Of a stretch of DNA of 64,000 nucleotides, positions 28,701 through 36,088 are shown piece after piece; the first letter of the stretch is position 1, and every line of letters begins with the position of its first letter. Below the pieces are notes generated by a model. That model had not been told where the DNA came from and ran no database searches. It saw nothing but the letters and a program-made list of their open reading frames with translations. The translations under genes and the position numbers were made by a program. Origin of the DNA: Candidatus Sumerlaeia bacterium (GTDB taxonomy: Bacteria; Sumerlaeota; Sumerlaeia; SLMS01; JANRJK01); assembly GCA_033764015.1 (NCBI GenBank), contig JANRJK010000013.1:192001-256000 (forward strand). The letters are read 5' to 3'.

Positions 28701-28805
28701 GAGCGCCGCTCCGGGGAGCATCGCCTGTCCAACGAATGTCGCGAGGCACGTGAGGAGAAAGCGAAAGTCGCGTCTGCAGCCAGCGGAAGCGAGCATGAGC
28801 AGCAT
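22785..28805 (-). CDS. Giant secreted protein: PPC-like N-terminus, Pro/Thr linker, WD40 propellers, caspase/legumain (C13-like) peptidase domain plus degenerate copy; ends AGSGSWMSYE
   Basis: Hydrophobic N-terminus ending ALGA; HTFHSTGDEDWIRF; PTPTPVPTPTP; many GH..V..V.FSPDG..LAS.S.DGT.RIWD repeats; AIIVAGGG...MVDHG...VVDCCYSG (His-Cys dyad). Start codon uncertain (28805, 28796 or 28722). Confidence 0.85.
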   Translation of the reverse strand: MLLMLASAGCRRDFRFLLTCLATFVGQAMLPGAALGASPDEFEALADNGPGTFNFILASQSQSHTFHSTGDEDWIRFQVVQPGLPHTVRVTQLGADADVVLEIWIDGQPPTCGSSSYCIDEEGAGIGAEETWTSLDPPVGVHLIRIRNVGTTGDTAYTVSFSGDWGESLGIGNITRGRAKTAQSVIGGPARSSAPRPSSPRGRGGLFEPLYDRIKLSVPEGALSEDHFVTITTPWDILNPEAPGLPGTRPWSAAWPSRLAGLGLPATNATIKEIVFSNAENPATPPPATFAVPLELTLELENDASAYAGTVFVDDIPSSRSVSSADFYYWDGDSWELWAAAVSTDSPGRQATTTITTPTWIDFTSGGTATRAMIFAVVPTGPGPQPTPTPVPTPTPAASTLKPRVDGTLDAEHYGSPVAVQTTNTGFGDPISGQLVGGGGSELDALYLTSDGDMLYMFFAGNLETNHNKLLLFFDNPAAAGGYSGTFPGVAGGEEHFAPGNLGGTQLPAGFRATTILSVDFGPPNFRWTYNLLAPGLDAVDSHLWDFYDVTGPSFADVGLGLEVGLNNSNTQGVRSGYAFGWSQTGNPESVATGIELGVPLSMLGLPPAGSTIKLFAVISDPTCQGFSNQFLPGLPSPGPNLGGSQDIAGNGVTPLPFAIPETEPAEVSLPTQRAGGGFLAASEDDPLGRFVSSASAAGILLFHRATGTLVRTLTGHRKPVLNTRFSPDGQKLASVSRDGTIRIWDPLSGVQLLRIEDIPFAAYPSTLVSVDWMPDQSRIAYGNQKGEVVIADPSTGQKELRFQAAPSGTQVIEVRFSPDGTKLAVAAADGVCRVYETSNYLLERTLNAAIGTVNRVRFGPDSDKLLTAGQDGKAYLWSVASGIQLHAYPTEPTSIRAADFSPDGLLVAIGNERSDLSLYRTSDGSLVTFTHFLSPTDLGIPDAGPCWSSQFNSASTEVIVATGVNTTFRISTSGGTIMLYDSASAGDTGCQWLSDHRRLAVSEYDGTISIYDSIDGTRVRRVPYLGSSILDFVVSSDEQHVYSSLIDGQVVKWDFLTPSFEMAFTGHTGNVVDVALSPDGGRLATACPSDSTARIWDTQTGALLQTLPHGGPGVYCVAWSPDGQTLATGGGTEIETSAFSDNTISIWDSTTGSQLRFWVAGSQHVSGLAYSPDGSRLASAQDKTIKMWDPANGSLIVTMIGHDDDVSEVCFLGNGQRIVSGGGQFENNQSDFAARIWEVASGDLVAEYGAHNANITGLSFDAATGRLALASSDGTASIWDVAPPRAIIVAGGGPYDGNGIAEQTDELGAYAYQVLRARGYTAANILYLSAFGERDVDGDGISDVDGPSTVAELSDALTGSFAGEAGRLLVLMVDHGYTTEDFMAFRMNPSEGLTTTQMDTWLDDLQATSPVDVSLVVDCCYSGRFVDDCAKDAGNPTERKRIVISSTTRDSEAVFLPPPDLSSFMYTFLGSAYMGNSLGEAFRSADLFFQTFSVAQQRPQIDDGGAAGIDVANEEFFGATWAYGVQSTTDINQFFPAFDSVTPSGVQASAPVNLFARMLPGQTPLSVVATIRTPAPAVPTGDPVSNLPTIELVQNPGDPALWEATVDAEPFTIPGAYNISFVATFQNERLSNPRFATVTISSGTDPDATAIRALIAAGEGAGVLDNLAYQGIAALAKNIYEVRFQDNNGVPQPAWVRYRTPSTPTPVSAAEIVSSINTWAVSELPSDGRLFVHLAGDRAAAGELRLSAGDTLTAAQLDAALDSFQTARPAATAVVVLDTPGAGEWLTTLSAPGRVVILGSRAGDSGLYLWFAPFTSFSQRFLSSAYQGQPLRTAYRAGRNFFDTFLPGLVRPLLDDNGDGVADKNDGAVAGSLFLGRRYAFAGDDPSGLPFIVSARTPTPVIAAGASAIFEATLLEGVDPVRVYLTRRLPDGTLASPEEVDLTRVGATSVWQTATPITPAEPGQHILAFYAEYADGAETKLSDAAFASLTVVAAPAGSGSWMSYE

Positions 28806-28870
28806 CTCGAAAGGGTCCCTGATGGGGCACCGGGAATGAGCAATCGGAACTTGGATTTTTGGACATTCCG

Positions 28871-28899
28871 AGGATGACGCATGTCTGGATTCAAGTCAA
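28871..28899 (-). promoter_or_regulatory. Candidate sigma70-type promoter for the WD40/peptidase gene
   Basis: Minus strand TTGACT-17 bp-CATCCT in an AT-enriched stretch ~65-95 bp upstream of 28805. Confidence 0.4.
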
Positions 28900-29158
28900 C
28901 GGGTGTTATGGCCGGCTCGCAAGTCGTTTCCCCTCAGCGCTCGCCTGCCCGGAGTTGCCGTTTCGGGGGCCGCGCGGCCTTGCGTCGATGCAATCCAAGT
29001 GCGCCCTACCGTGGCCGAATTCTGGGAGGTCGGGGCGCGTCCACGCGGAGGGCGCTGGGAAGGGAGCCTGTTCCGACCGGCCGCTCGGGGGCACAGAGAG
29101 CCAGGAAGTCCCTGATTCTTGGCCGTCGCGTGGGCGGCCCTCAGGGTAGCGGGGATCA

Positions 29159-29197
29159 TCCGCGTGTCATCCGGTCGAAGTCCGGTGGTGGTCCGGT
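29159..29197. repeat. 11-bp-period direct repeats of TCCGGT
   Basis: TCCGCG at 29159 and TCCGGT at 29170, 29181, 29192, in the 525-bp divergent intergenic region. Confidence 0.5.
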
Positions 29198-29330
29198 GGA
29201 GGTTAGCGGGTGGACAATCCGGGAAACCCCTTGGTTGTCGGGTCAGGGGCGCCGGGGAGCGGATCTTGCTTCTTGAAGGAGTCCCGCCCCCGGGCGTAAA
29301 TGCCGTGTCGCTTCCGGAGCTCCGCCGCGC

Positions 29331-30020
29331 ATGAGACTGACGTTGTTGAGGCACGCCACGCTGGTGGTGGAATTCGCAGGAATGCGCCTCCTGGTGGACC
29401 CGATGCTGGGTCCCGCGCGGGTGGCGTTGCCGCGGCAGGCGGGCGAGGCGCTCGCGGGGCTGGACGGCGTGTGGGTGTCGCAGGTGGCGGCGGACCACTG
29501 CGACGGCGAGGCGCTGTCGTGGATGCCGGCGGATGTGGGCGTTTGGGGACCGGAGCCGGTGGCGGGTTGGCTGCGCTCGGCGGGCCTTGAACGCGCGCAG
29601 GCGATCACGAAGTTCTCGACCGTGGGTGGCGCACAGCTCATCCCCGTCCCGGCCGCGCAGCGCGGCGGTTCGGCGGCGCTGGTCCTGCGCGGGCGTGGCG
29701 AGCCGACGGTGCTGGTCGCAGGGGACCGGCCGGCGGACCCGGCGCTGGTGACGGCACTTCGTCATTACCGTCCGGACGTGGTGGCGCTCAGCGGCGGCGG
29801 CGCCGCGGGGGGCGCCGGCTTCGAGGCGACGCTCACCGCCGAATGCATGATCCCGCTCTTCAAGATAGTGCCCGAGGCGACCTTCATCGTGACGCACCTC
29901 GAGGCGCTTGGCGGCGGCGCGGAGTCCCGCGCGGCGGCGAAGGCGGCATTTGACGCGGCTGGAGTGCTGTACCAGGCGGCGATTCCCGCCGATGGCGAGA
30001 CGGTGCGCTTGACCGCCTGA
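29331..30020 (+). CDS. MBL-fold protein with degenerate metal-binding motif
   Basis: MRLTLLRHATLVVEFAGMRLLVDPML N-terminus, VLVAGD, THLEAL; the HxHxDH motif reads QVAADH. Confidence 0.75.
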   Translation: MRLTLLRHATLVVEFAGMRLLVDPMLGPARVALPRQAGEALAGLDGVWVSQVAADHCDGEALSWMPADVGVWGPEPVAGWLRSAGLERAQAITKFSTVGGAQLIPVPAAQRGGSAALVLRGRGEPTVLVAGDRPADPALVTALRHYRPDVVALSGGGAAGGAGFEATLTAECMIPLFKIVPEATFIVTHLEALGGGAESRAAAKAAFDAAGVLYQAAIPADGETVRLTA

Positions 30021-30045
30021 GCCGCCTGGCGGCAAGGCTCCCCGC

Positions 30046-30987
30046 ATGTCGAAGACTCCCATCCTACCTGCGACGCCGGACGCAGTCGCGCGCGCCGCCG
30101 AGGTGCTGCGCGGCGGTGGCCTCGTCGCGATCCCGACGGAGACCGTGTACGGCCTCGCGGTGCGGGCGGACAGCGACGCGGCGGTGGCGCGGCTGTACGC
30201 GGCGAAGGGGCGTCCGGCAACTAATCCCTTGATTGTGCACGTGCCGGACCTCGGGGCGGCGGAGCGCTGGGCCGCGCCGATGCCGGAGTTGGCGGCGCGG
30301 TTGGCGGGGTTGTTCTGGCCCGGTCCGCTCACGCTGGTGGTGCCGGCGGCGGCGGGGCTGTCGCCGCGGGCCCTGGGCGGCGGCGACACGGTGGGCCTTC
30401 GCGCGCCGGACCATCCGGTGGCGCTGGCGCTGCTGCGGGAGTGCGGGCTGCCGCTGGCGGCGCCGAGCGCGAACGCGAGCGGACGCCTGTCGCCGACGAC
30501 CGCGGAGGCGGTGCTCGACACGCTGGACGGCTTGATCGACCTGGTGCTGGACGGTGGCGCGTGCGCGGTCGGGATCGAGTCGACCGTGCTTGATGCGTGC
30601 TGCGATCCGCCGCGGGTGCTGCGCCCGGGTGTGTTGACGGCGGAGCAGCTCGCGGACGCGCTGGGCGCGCCGGTGCTGGGGGTGGCGGGGGAGCAGGGGC
30701 CGGGTCCGGCCCGCTCGCCGGGGCTGCTGACGCGGCACTACGCGCCATCGGTGCCGCTGGTGGTGGGCGGCGAGGCGGGCTCGGGCGACTTCTCGGTACA
30801 GTGGGGCCCGGGCGCCGCGGATGCGGCCCTGCCGCTGGAGCCACGGGCCGCCGCTGCGGCGTTGTTCGCGGAACTGCGCCGCGCGGAGCGTTCCGGCGCG
30901 CGGCGGATCGTCGTGGCGGAGCCGCCTCCGGGGCCGGAGTGGGCGGGAATCCGCGACCGGCTGCGGAGGGCCTCGGCGGCGGAGTGA
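30046..30987 (+). CDS. sua5: L-threonylcarbamoyladenylate synthase (Sua5/YrdC family, long form)
   Basis: VAIPTETVYGL, AKGRPATNPLIVH, FWPGPLTLV, AAPSANASG, GIESTVLD, SPGLLTRHYAP, IRDRLRRAS. Confidence 0.95.
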   Translation: MSKTPILPATPDAVARAAEVLRGGGLVAIPTETVYGLAVRADSDAAVARLYAAKGRPATNPLIVHVPDLGAAERWAAPMPELAARLAGLFWPGPLTLVVPAAAGLSPRALGGGDTVGLRAPDHPVALALLRECGLPLAAPSANASGRLSPTTAEAVLDTLDGLIDLVLDGGACAVGIESTVLDACCDPPRVLRPGVLTAEQLADALGAPVLGVAGEQGPGPARSPGLLTRHYAPSVPLVVGGEAGSGDFSVQWGPGAADAALPLEPRAAAAALFAELRRAERSGARRIVVAEPPPGPEWAGIRDRLRRASAAE

Positions 30988-31045
30988 GGGCGATCCTTGC
31001 GCCGCGGGGCGGAGCGGTCGATATCCTGAACGCGCGCTGCGGCTA

Positions 31046-32509
31046 ATGCGCGCGCAAGGACCCCGCCCTCCGTTGCAGCTCCACCTCCTCAAGTTCCTCT
31101 TCTTCGGACGCGCAACGCCGGAGGACGCACCCGTAGCCGTGCACCGGCGCAACGGGATCGCCATCTCGTTCCTCGAGGGCGCTTGGGCCCAGGTTTGGAT
31201 CACGCTGACCGCGGGGAAGTTCCTCGTGGACCTCATCCGGCACCTCGGAGGCGGCGACCTCGAAATCGCGCTGATCAGCGCGGTGCCGTTCCTGTTCGGT
31301 CCGGCGCAGCTCCTTGGGGCCTACCTCTGCACCCACTTCGGTTCGCGCAAGAAGGTCATCCTCGTCTCCGCGTTCATCAACCGGCAGATCTGGTGGCTTG
31401 CGGTCCCGCTGATCCTGCTGCCGCTGGACAGCTCCGTGCGGTTCGGGCTTTTCTTCCTGATGTACTTGGTGAGCCAGTTCGCCGGACAGATCACGAACAA
31501 CACGTGGCTGAGCTGGACCGCGGACCTGCTGCCGACGCAGCTGCGGGGCCGGATCATCGGCGCGCGCAACGCGCTGATCCTCGGGATCGCGACGCTGGCG
31601 GACTTCGGCGCCTCGGCGGTGCGCGACGGTTTCGGCGAGGCGGGCCGGACGGCGGCGCTGGCGCTGATCTTCGGCGTCGCCGCGTTCGCGGCGCTGGTGA
31701 GCGTGAACCTGTTCCGGCGGCAGTGGGAGCCTCCGCTCGCGTCGCGCGAGCTGCCGCCGCTGCGCAAGATCCTCGGCGCCTGCTGGCGAAACGCGGACGT
31801 CAAGCGGCTGCAGACCGCGGTGCTGCTCTGGAGCTTCGCCGTCGGCGTCGGCGGCCCGTTCTTCACCCCTTTCATGATGGACGACCTCGAGCTGAGCTTC
31901 ATCATGATCCTGTGGTACACGCTCATCGTCTCGGGCCTGAGCATGTTGATGAACGCGTTCTTCTGGGGGCACATCGTCGACAAGGCGGGGACGCTGCCGG
32001 TGCTGCTCGGGAACGGGTTGGTGATCGGGTGCCTGCCGCTGCTGTACCTGTTCATCACGCCGGAGGACCTGTCGCTCTACTGGTTCGACGCGGTGGTGAC
32101 GGGCATCGCGTGGTCGGGGTTCAACGTCGCGCTGTTCAACCTGCCGCTGCAGGTCGTGCCGCTGCGGGACCGGGCGTACTACCTCGCGATCACGTCGATG
32201 GTGGGCGGGATCGGGATGGGCGCGGGGAACGTGCTGGGCGGCTTCGTCGCGAACGCGATCGGGGGTTCGACGCTCGACCTGTTCGGCTACGCCTGGAACA
32301 ACTACCAGGTGATGTTCATCCTGACGACGGTGCTGCGGTACGGGGCGCTGCTGCTGTTCCTGCGGGTGCCGGACCGCCGGAACCGGGGCATGTTCGTGTT
32401 CATGCAGGAACTCGGCGAAGGCGTGCAGCGGCTGGTGACGGCGCCCCGTTCGCTGCTGCTGCTCGGGACGCGCTCGCCGAAGCGCCGGCGCCGCCGCGCG
32501 GCGGGGTGA
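31046..32509 (+). CDS. MFS transporter
   Basis: About 12 hydrophobic segments; WLSWTADLLPTQLRGRIIGARN and WGHIVDKAG motifs; start approximate. Confidence 0.85.
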   Translation: MRAQGPRPPLQLHLLKFLFFGRATPEDAPVAVHRRNGIAISFLEGAWAQVWITLTAGKFLVDLIRHLGGGDLEIALISAVPFLFGPAQLLGAYLCTHFGSRKKVILVSAFINRQIWWLAVPLILLPLDSSVRFGLFFLMYLVSQFAGQITNNTWLSWTADLLPTQLRGRIIGARNALILGIATLADFGASAVRDGFGEAGRTAALALIFGVAAFAALVSVNLFRRQWEPPLASRELPPLRKILGACWRNADVKRLQTAVLLWSFAVGVGGPFFTPFMMDDLELSFIMILWYTLIVSGLSMLMNAFFWGHIVDKAGTLPVLLGNGLVIGCLPLLYLFITPEDLSLYWFDAVVTGIAWSGFNVALFNLPLQVVPLRDRAYYLAITSMVGGIGMGAGNVLGGFVANAIGGSTLDLFGYAWNNYQVMFILTTVLRYGALLLFLRVPDRRNRGMFVFMQELGEGVQRLVTAPRSLLLLGTRSPKRRRRRAAG

Positions 32510-32576
32510 GCCGGATCCCCGCTTTACGCAAGGGGCCGCGCCGTGCGAGCACCTCCACTCGGACGGAGCGAAGCCC

Positions 32577-33158
32577 ATGGCCACCCTGATCACCCTCATC
32601 ATCGACTGGTTGCCGGTCATCTTCGTCGCGGCGGGAGCCGCGGCCTTCCTGGTGATGCTTCGGCGGAACTCGCGCGAGCTCGGCGCGATGCAGTCGCAGC
32701 TCGAGGAGCAGGAGGCTCGCTTCGCGCGGGAAGCGGCGAAGGCCGCGGAGGCGGGCGCGCCGCCGTCGGCGCCGCCGGAGCCGCGACGGCCCGCGATTCC
32801 CGCCGCGGCGCCCGAGCCTGCCGCGGGGCCCGAGCCGGCCGCGCCGCAGCCCTACCTCGCCGCGCCCCAGGCGGCGACCGTCGAATCCATCGCGAAGAAG
32901 CTGCAGGGGCTCGGGGTCGCCACGAACTACGAGGGACCGATCGCGCTGCCGGTGCCTCCGAACGGCGCGGTTTACCGGCTGAAGAAGGGCGGGCTGGTCG
33001 GCGTCCTTCCGCGCTTGGAAAGCGAGCAGACCCTGGTGCACCTTGCGCGTCGCTACGACATGATTATCTGCGCCACCGCGACCGGCGAGGCGGTCGTGTT
33101 CGAGCGTCTGGATGCGCGCTTGGTGGGGATGGTGGACGGGCCGGCGGCATTCCGCTAA
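32577..33158 (+). CDS. Hypothetical membrane-anchored protein
   Basis: GGAG RBS, N-terminal TM, coiled coil, Pro/Ala linker, small C-terminal domain. Confidence 0.7.
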   Translation: MATLITLIIDWLPVIFVAAGAAAFLVMLRRNSRELGAMQSQLEEQEARFAREAAKAAEAGAPPSAPPEPRRPAIPAAAPEPAAGPEPAAPQPYLAAPQAATVESIAKKLQGLGVATNYEGPIALPVPPNGAVYRLKKGGLVGVLPRLESEQTLVHLARRYDMIICATATGEAVVFERLDARLVGMVDGPAAFR

Positions 33159-33173
33159 CCCGTCCGGGCGGGG

Positions 33174-33746
33174 TTACTGCGCGACGGGGAGTTCGACGGC
33201 GACACCGAGGGCCGGTGTGCGCAGGTTCGTCGAGCCGGGCTGCGAGGCGATGACGAAGTAGAAGCCGGGCTCCAAGTAGGCGCCGGGCATATCGACGGCG
33301 AAGCTGTCGGCCGCGGCCCAGACCGGGATGTCGAGCTTGGCGTCGACGGACTGGCCGGGCGCGAGCGTCACCTCGCTCTGCATCTGCTGGAACATCATGC
33401 CCTTGGACCAGTAGGCGACCGGTTCGCGGCCCTCGGGGTCCTTGGAAACGACCATCTCGAAGCGCTGGCTGGTGGGCCACATGAGGTGCTGCGGCTCGGC
33501 GGAGCTGTTCATCAGCGAAACGTTTGCGGAGATGGCGCCCCCGGGGGCGACGCGGGTGTCGGCGAGTTGGACCGTGAGGCGCATGCCGAGGCGCTCCTGC
33601 GAGATGGTCTTCGGCCACTGCCCGGGGTCGAGCACGCGTTGCGTGATCTCGCCGGCGTCCTGCATGGCGGAGTCGTTCGAGGCGCACCCGGCGGAGAAGA
33701 GGGCGGCGGCGCAGCCGATCAGGATGGCGGCGGTGCGAAGCTTCAT
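33174..33746 (-). CDS. Lipoprotein with BsuPI (intracellular proteinase inhibitor)-like domain
   Basis: GGAG RBS; MKLRTAAILIGCAAALFSAGC lipobox; LMWPTSQRFEMVV...YWSKGMMFQQ...TLAPGQ resembles the BsuPI-type pattern. Confidence 0.7.
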   Translation of the reverse strand: MKLRTAAILIGCAAALFSAGCASNDSAMQDAGEITQRVLDPGQWPKTISQERLGMRLTVQLADTRVAPGGAISANVSLMNSSAEPQHLMWPTSQRFEMVVSKDPEGREPVAYWSKGMMFQQMQSEVTLAPGQSVDAKLDIPVWAAADSFAVDMPGAYLEPGFYFVIASQPGSTNLRTPALGVAVELPVAQ

Positions 33747-33751
33747 AGCGG

Positions 33752-35083
33752 TCACTCCAAGGGCGGGGGCGCGGGGCCCCAGTCTGGTTGGCGGTTCTGT
33801 CCGATGGTGGTAATCTGTTGCTGGTTGGTGCCGTCGTCGAGCATCAAATAGACCTGCCATTGGCCGCTGCGGTTGGATGCGAAGGCGATGTGCCTCCCTC
33901 CGGGAGCCCAGGACGGGCTGGCGTTGTCGCCCTGGTTCTGCGTGAGGCGGCGGAATCGCTGCGGCTCCGCGGCTTCGAAATCGTAAACGTAGATGTCGCT
34001 GCGTCCGCCGCTGCGGGAGACGAAGGCGATGCGCTTGCCGTCGGGGGACCAGGAGGGCGCGTCGTTCCACGAGCCCTTGGGGGTGAGGCGCTGCCGTCCG
34101 GAGCCGTCGGCGCCCATGAGGAATATCTGCACGCCCCCCGCCTCGTCGGAGGCGAAGGCGATGCGCGACCCGTCCGGCGACCAGACGGCGCTGCCCTCGG
34201 TGGCCTTGCTGGTGCTAAGGCGGCGCAGGCCGCCGCCCTCGCGGTTCGCGGTGTAGATTTCGGAGTTGCCGTCCTTGGAGAGCACCATGAGGAGGCGCCC
34301 GGCGGCTTCGCTCCACGCGGGGGAGTGGTTCGTGCCCCCATACGCCGCGATCACCCACTGCGAGCCGCTCGTGAGTTGCTGGCCCATCAGGCGGGCCCGG
34401 TTACCGGCATAGGAGCCGTAGTAGAACTCCGTGCCGCGGGCGCCCCACTCGGGGCTGGAGCAGATGCTCCCGAAGCGCGTGAGGGCGCGCGGGTTGAAGC
34501 CGTCCGAGTCGACGATGGCGATCTCCTTCACGCCGCGGACCTGCTCGTTGACGAAGAGCATCTTGGTCTGCGCGAAGCCTTGCATGCCCTTCACGTAGAG
34601 GACGACCTCGTCGGAGATACGGTGCGCGAGGCGGCGCTCCTCCGCGGCGGTGTCGGTGAAGAAGCGCTCGAAGATGAGGGACCTCGTGGCGATGTCGTAC
34701 AGGAGGACCCGGACGCGCATGTTGCCGCCCTCGCGGGCGACACGGCCCATCAGGTACTGCTCGACGCCCATCGCCTCCCATGCGGCGAAGTCCACCGTGC
34801 CGCCGCGCCCGTCGCGCAGGTTCTGGCGGTTCGCCTCGACCGTGTCGGCGGGGAACTTGAAGAGGCCGGTGAGCTCGAGGTCGCGGCGGATGACGCGGGG
34901 GAGCGTCTCGATGTTCACGCCGACGTTGTCCTCCACGTTGAAGGGGGCCACCATGATGGAGGACTTGGTGTAGAGGGCGCGGGGCTTGATGACGCCGAGG
35001 TCGACGGCGTCCTGCGCGGGGGCGGGGGCCAGCGTGGCGAAGAGGCAGAGCAGGAGCGCGAGAACACTTGCAGCGGTACGCAT
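33752..35083 (-). CDS. tolB: Tol-Pal system beta-propeller protein TolB
   Basis: Signal peptide; TolB_N (IRRDLELTGLF, RRLAHRISDEV, GFAQTKMLFV); PD40 repeats (SKDGNSEIY, WSPDGSRIAFASD, PSWSPDGKRIAF, QPDWGP). Confidence 0.9.
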   Translation of the reverse strand: MRTAASVLALLLCLFATLAPAPAQDAVDLGVIKPRALYTKSSIMVAPFNVEDNVGVNIETLPRVIRRDLELTGLFKFPADTVEANRQNLRDGRGGTVDFAAWEAMGVEQYLMGRVAREGGNMRVRVLLYDIATRSLIFERFFTDTAAEERRLAHRISDEVVLYVKGMQGFAQTKMLFVNEQVRGVKEIAIVDSDGFNPRALTRFGSICSSPEWGARGTEFYYGSYAGNRARLMGQQLTSGSQWVIAAYGGTNHSPAWSEAAGRLLMVLSKDGNSEIYTANREGGGLRRLSTSKATEGSAVWSPDGSRIAFASDEAGGVQIFLMGADGSGRQRLTPKGSWNDAPSWSPDGKRIAFVSRSGGRSDIYVYDFEAAEPQRFRRLTQNQGDNASPSWAPGGRHIAFASNRSGQWQVYLMLDDGTNQQQITTIGQNRQPDWGPAPPPLE

Positions 35084-35275
35084 CGCGGGTCGCAACTGTG
35101 GGGGATTTGGGGCGGAAGGGGGGCCCGCGGGCATCCGCGGGACCGACGCTACCGACCCGATTCCGGTTCGCCGTGGTTGACAGATGCAACGGCAAACCGG
35201 CTAGTGGTGGAAGCACGCGCCGCGGTCGGCGCCAACATCCGAAGTCGCGCGCGCGCAAGCCGCGGAGGCTGGCCC

Positions 35276-36019
35276 ATGAACGAGATCGACCCCTCGAAAT
35301 TCAAAGGCGACGGCTCGGCCCCTGAGGTTACCGAGCTCGAGTCCCCGAACATCCCGGACTACTCCTACGCCGCGCAGGGCGACCGGGTGCCGGAGCTCGG
35401 CAGCGAGAAGCGGTTCAACGACGACCTCGCGCGGATGTACGTGCAGCCGAAGAGCTACGAGAAGCAGGAGCGCGCCGCGAAGATCGCGGACTACCAGGCC
35501 AACCAGAAGAACCCCGCCAGCGGCCTCGTGAAGTTCCTCCTGTTCTTCGTGCTCCTCGCCGTCGCCGCCGGCGCGGCCTCCTTCTTCATCAAGGTGCCGG
35601 TGCTCGACGAGTACGGCACCGAGCGCAGCGCGCCGCTCTATGCGTGGGCCCTGCACATGCAGAGCCGCTCCGAGCGGGTGGCGATGCTCGAGTCCATGGA
35701 GCCGGCCTACCGCTCCTACTTCCTGACCCGCGAGCGCGTGAACACCATCTACACCGCGGCCAGCAACCACGCCTCCGCCGGGAACCCCGTGCCGACCATC
35801 AACCAGCTCGTCGGCCTCGGGCTGGTCGCGCAGGCGCAGACCGTGGACGGCTTCGGCAACCCGATCGAGATTTTCGGGCGCGACCTCATCAAGGTGGTCG
35901 CCCCGGGGCGCGACGGCGTCGCCAACTCCTTCGACGACGTCGTCAACGAGAACGGGCGCCTGCGCGTCCCCGACGAGATGATCACCCTCGAGATGCAGAT
36001 CCGGGATTCGGCGAGGTAG
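35276..36019 (+). CDS. Membrane protein with GspG/pseudopilin-like C-terminal domain
   Basis: GGAGG RBS, ATG 35276; one TM (LVKFLLFFVLLAVAAGAASFFI); DGFGNPI...VAPGRDGVANSFDDV resembles GspG DPWGNPY...SAGPDG...DD. Confidence 0.6.
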   Translation: MNEIDPSKFKGDGSAPEVTELESPNIPDYSYAAQGDRVPELGSEKRFNDDLARMYVQPKSYEKQERAAKIADYQANQKNPASGLVKFLLFFVLLAVAAGAASFFIKVPVLDEYGTERSAPLYAWALHMQSRSERVAMLESMEPAYRSYFLTRERVNTIYTAASNHASAGNPVPTINQLVGLGLVAQAQTVDGFGNPIEIFGRDLIKVVAPGRDGVANSFDDVVNENGRLRVPDEMITLEMQIRDSAR

Positions 36020-36088
36020 GGCCTCCGGTTGCCGAACCGGCGCGCTTGTCGCACAACTTGCTTCGAGACCAACCGGAGCAACCCCACC

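Noticed and set aside
399..28805. Accessory block as a mobile genomic island or prophage
   Set aside because: No integrase, transposase, tRNA target, flanking direct repeats or phage genes seen; most of it has host-like composition.
35177..35207. Perfect TTGACA -35 element upstream of the GspG-like gene
   Set aside because: No credible -10 hexamer at 16-18 bp spacing.
33788..35275. N-terminal 496 aa of the 743-aa ORF 33788..36019
   Set aside because: Antisense to tolB; the real gene most likely starts at ATG 35276 after a GGAGG RBS.
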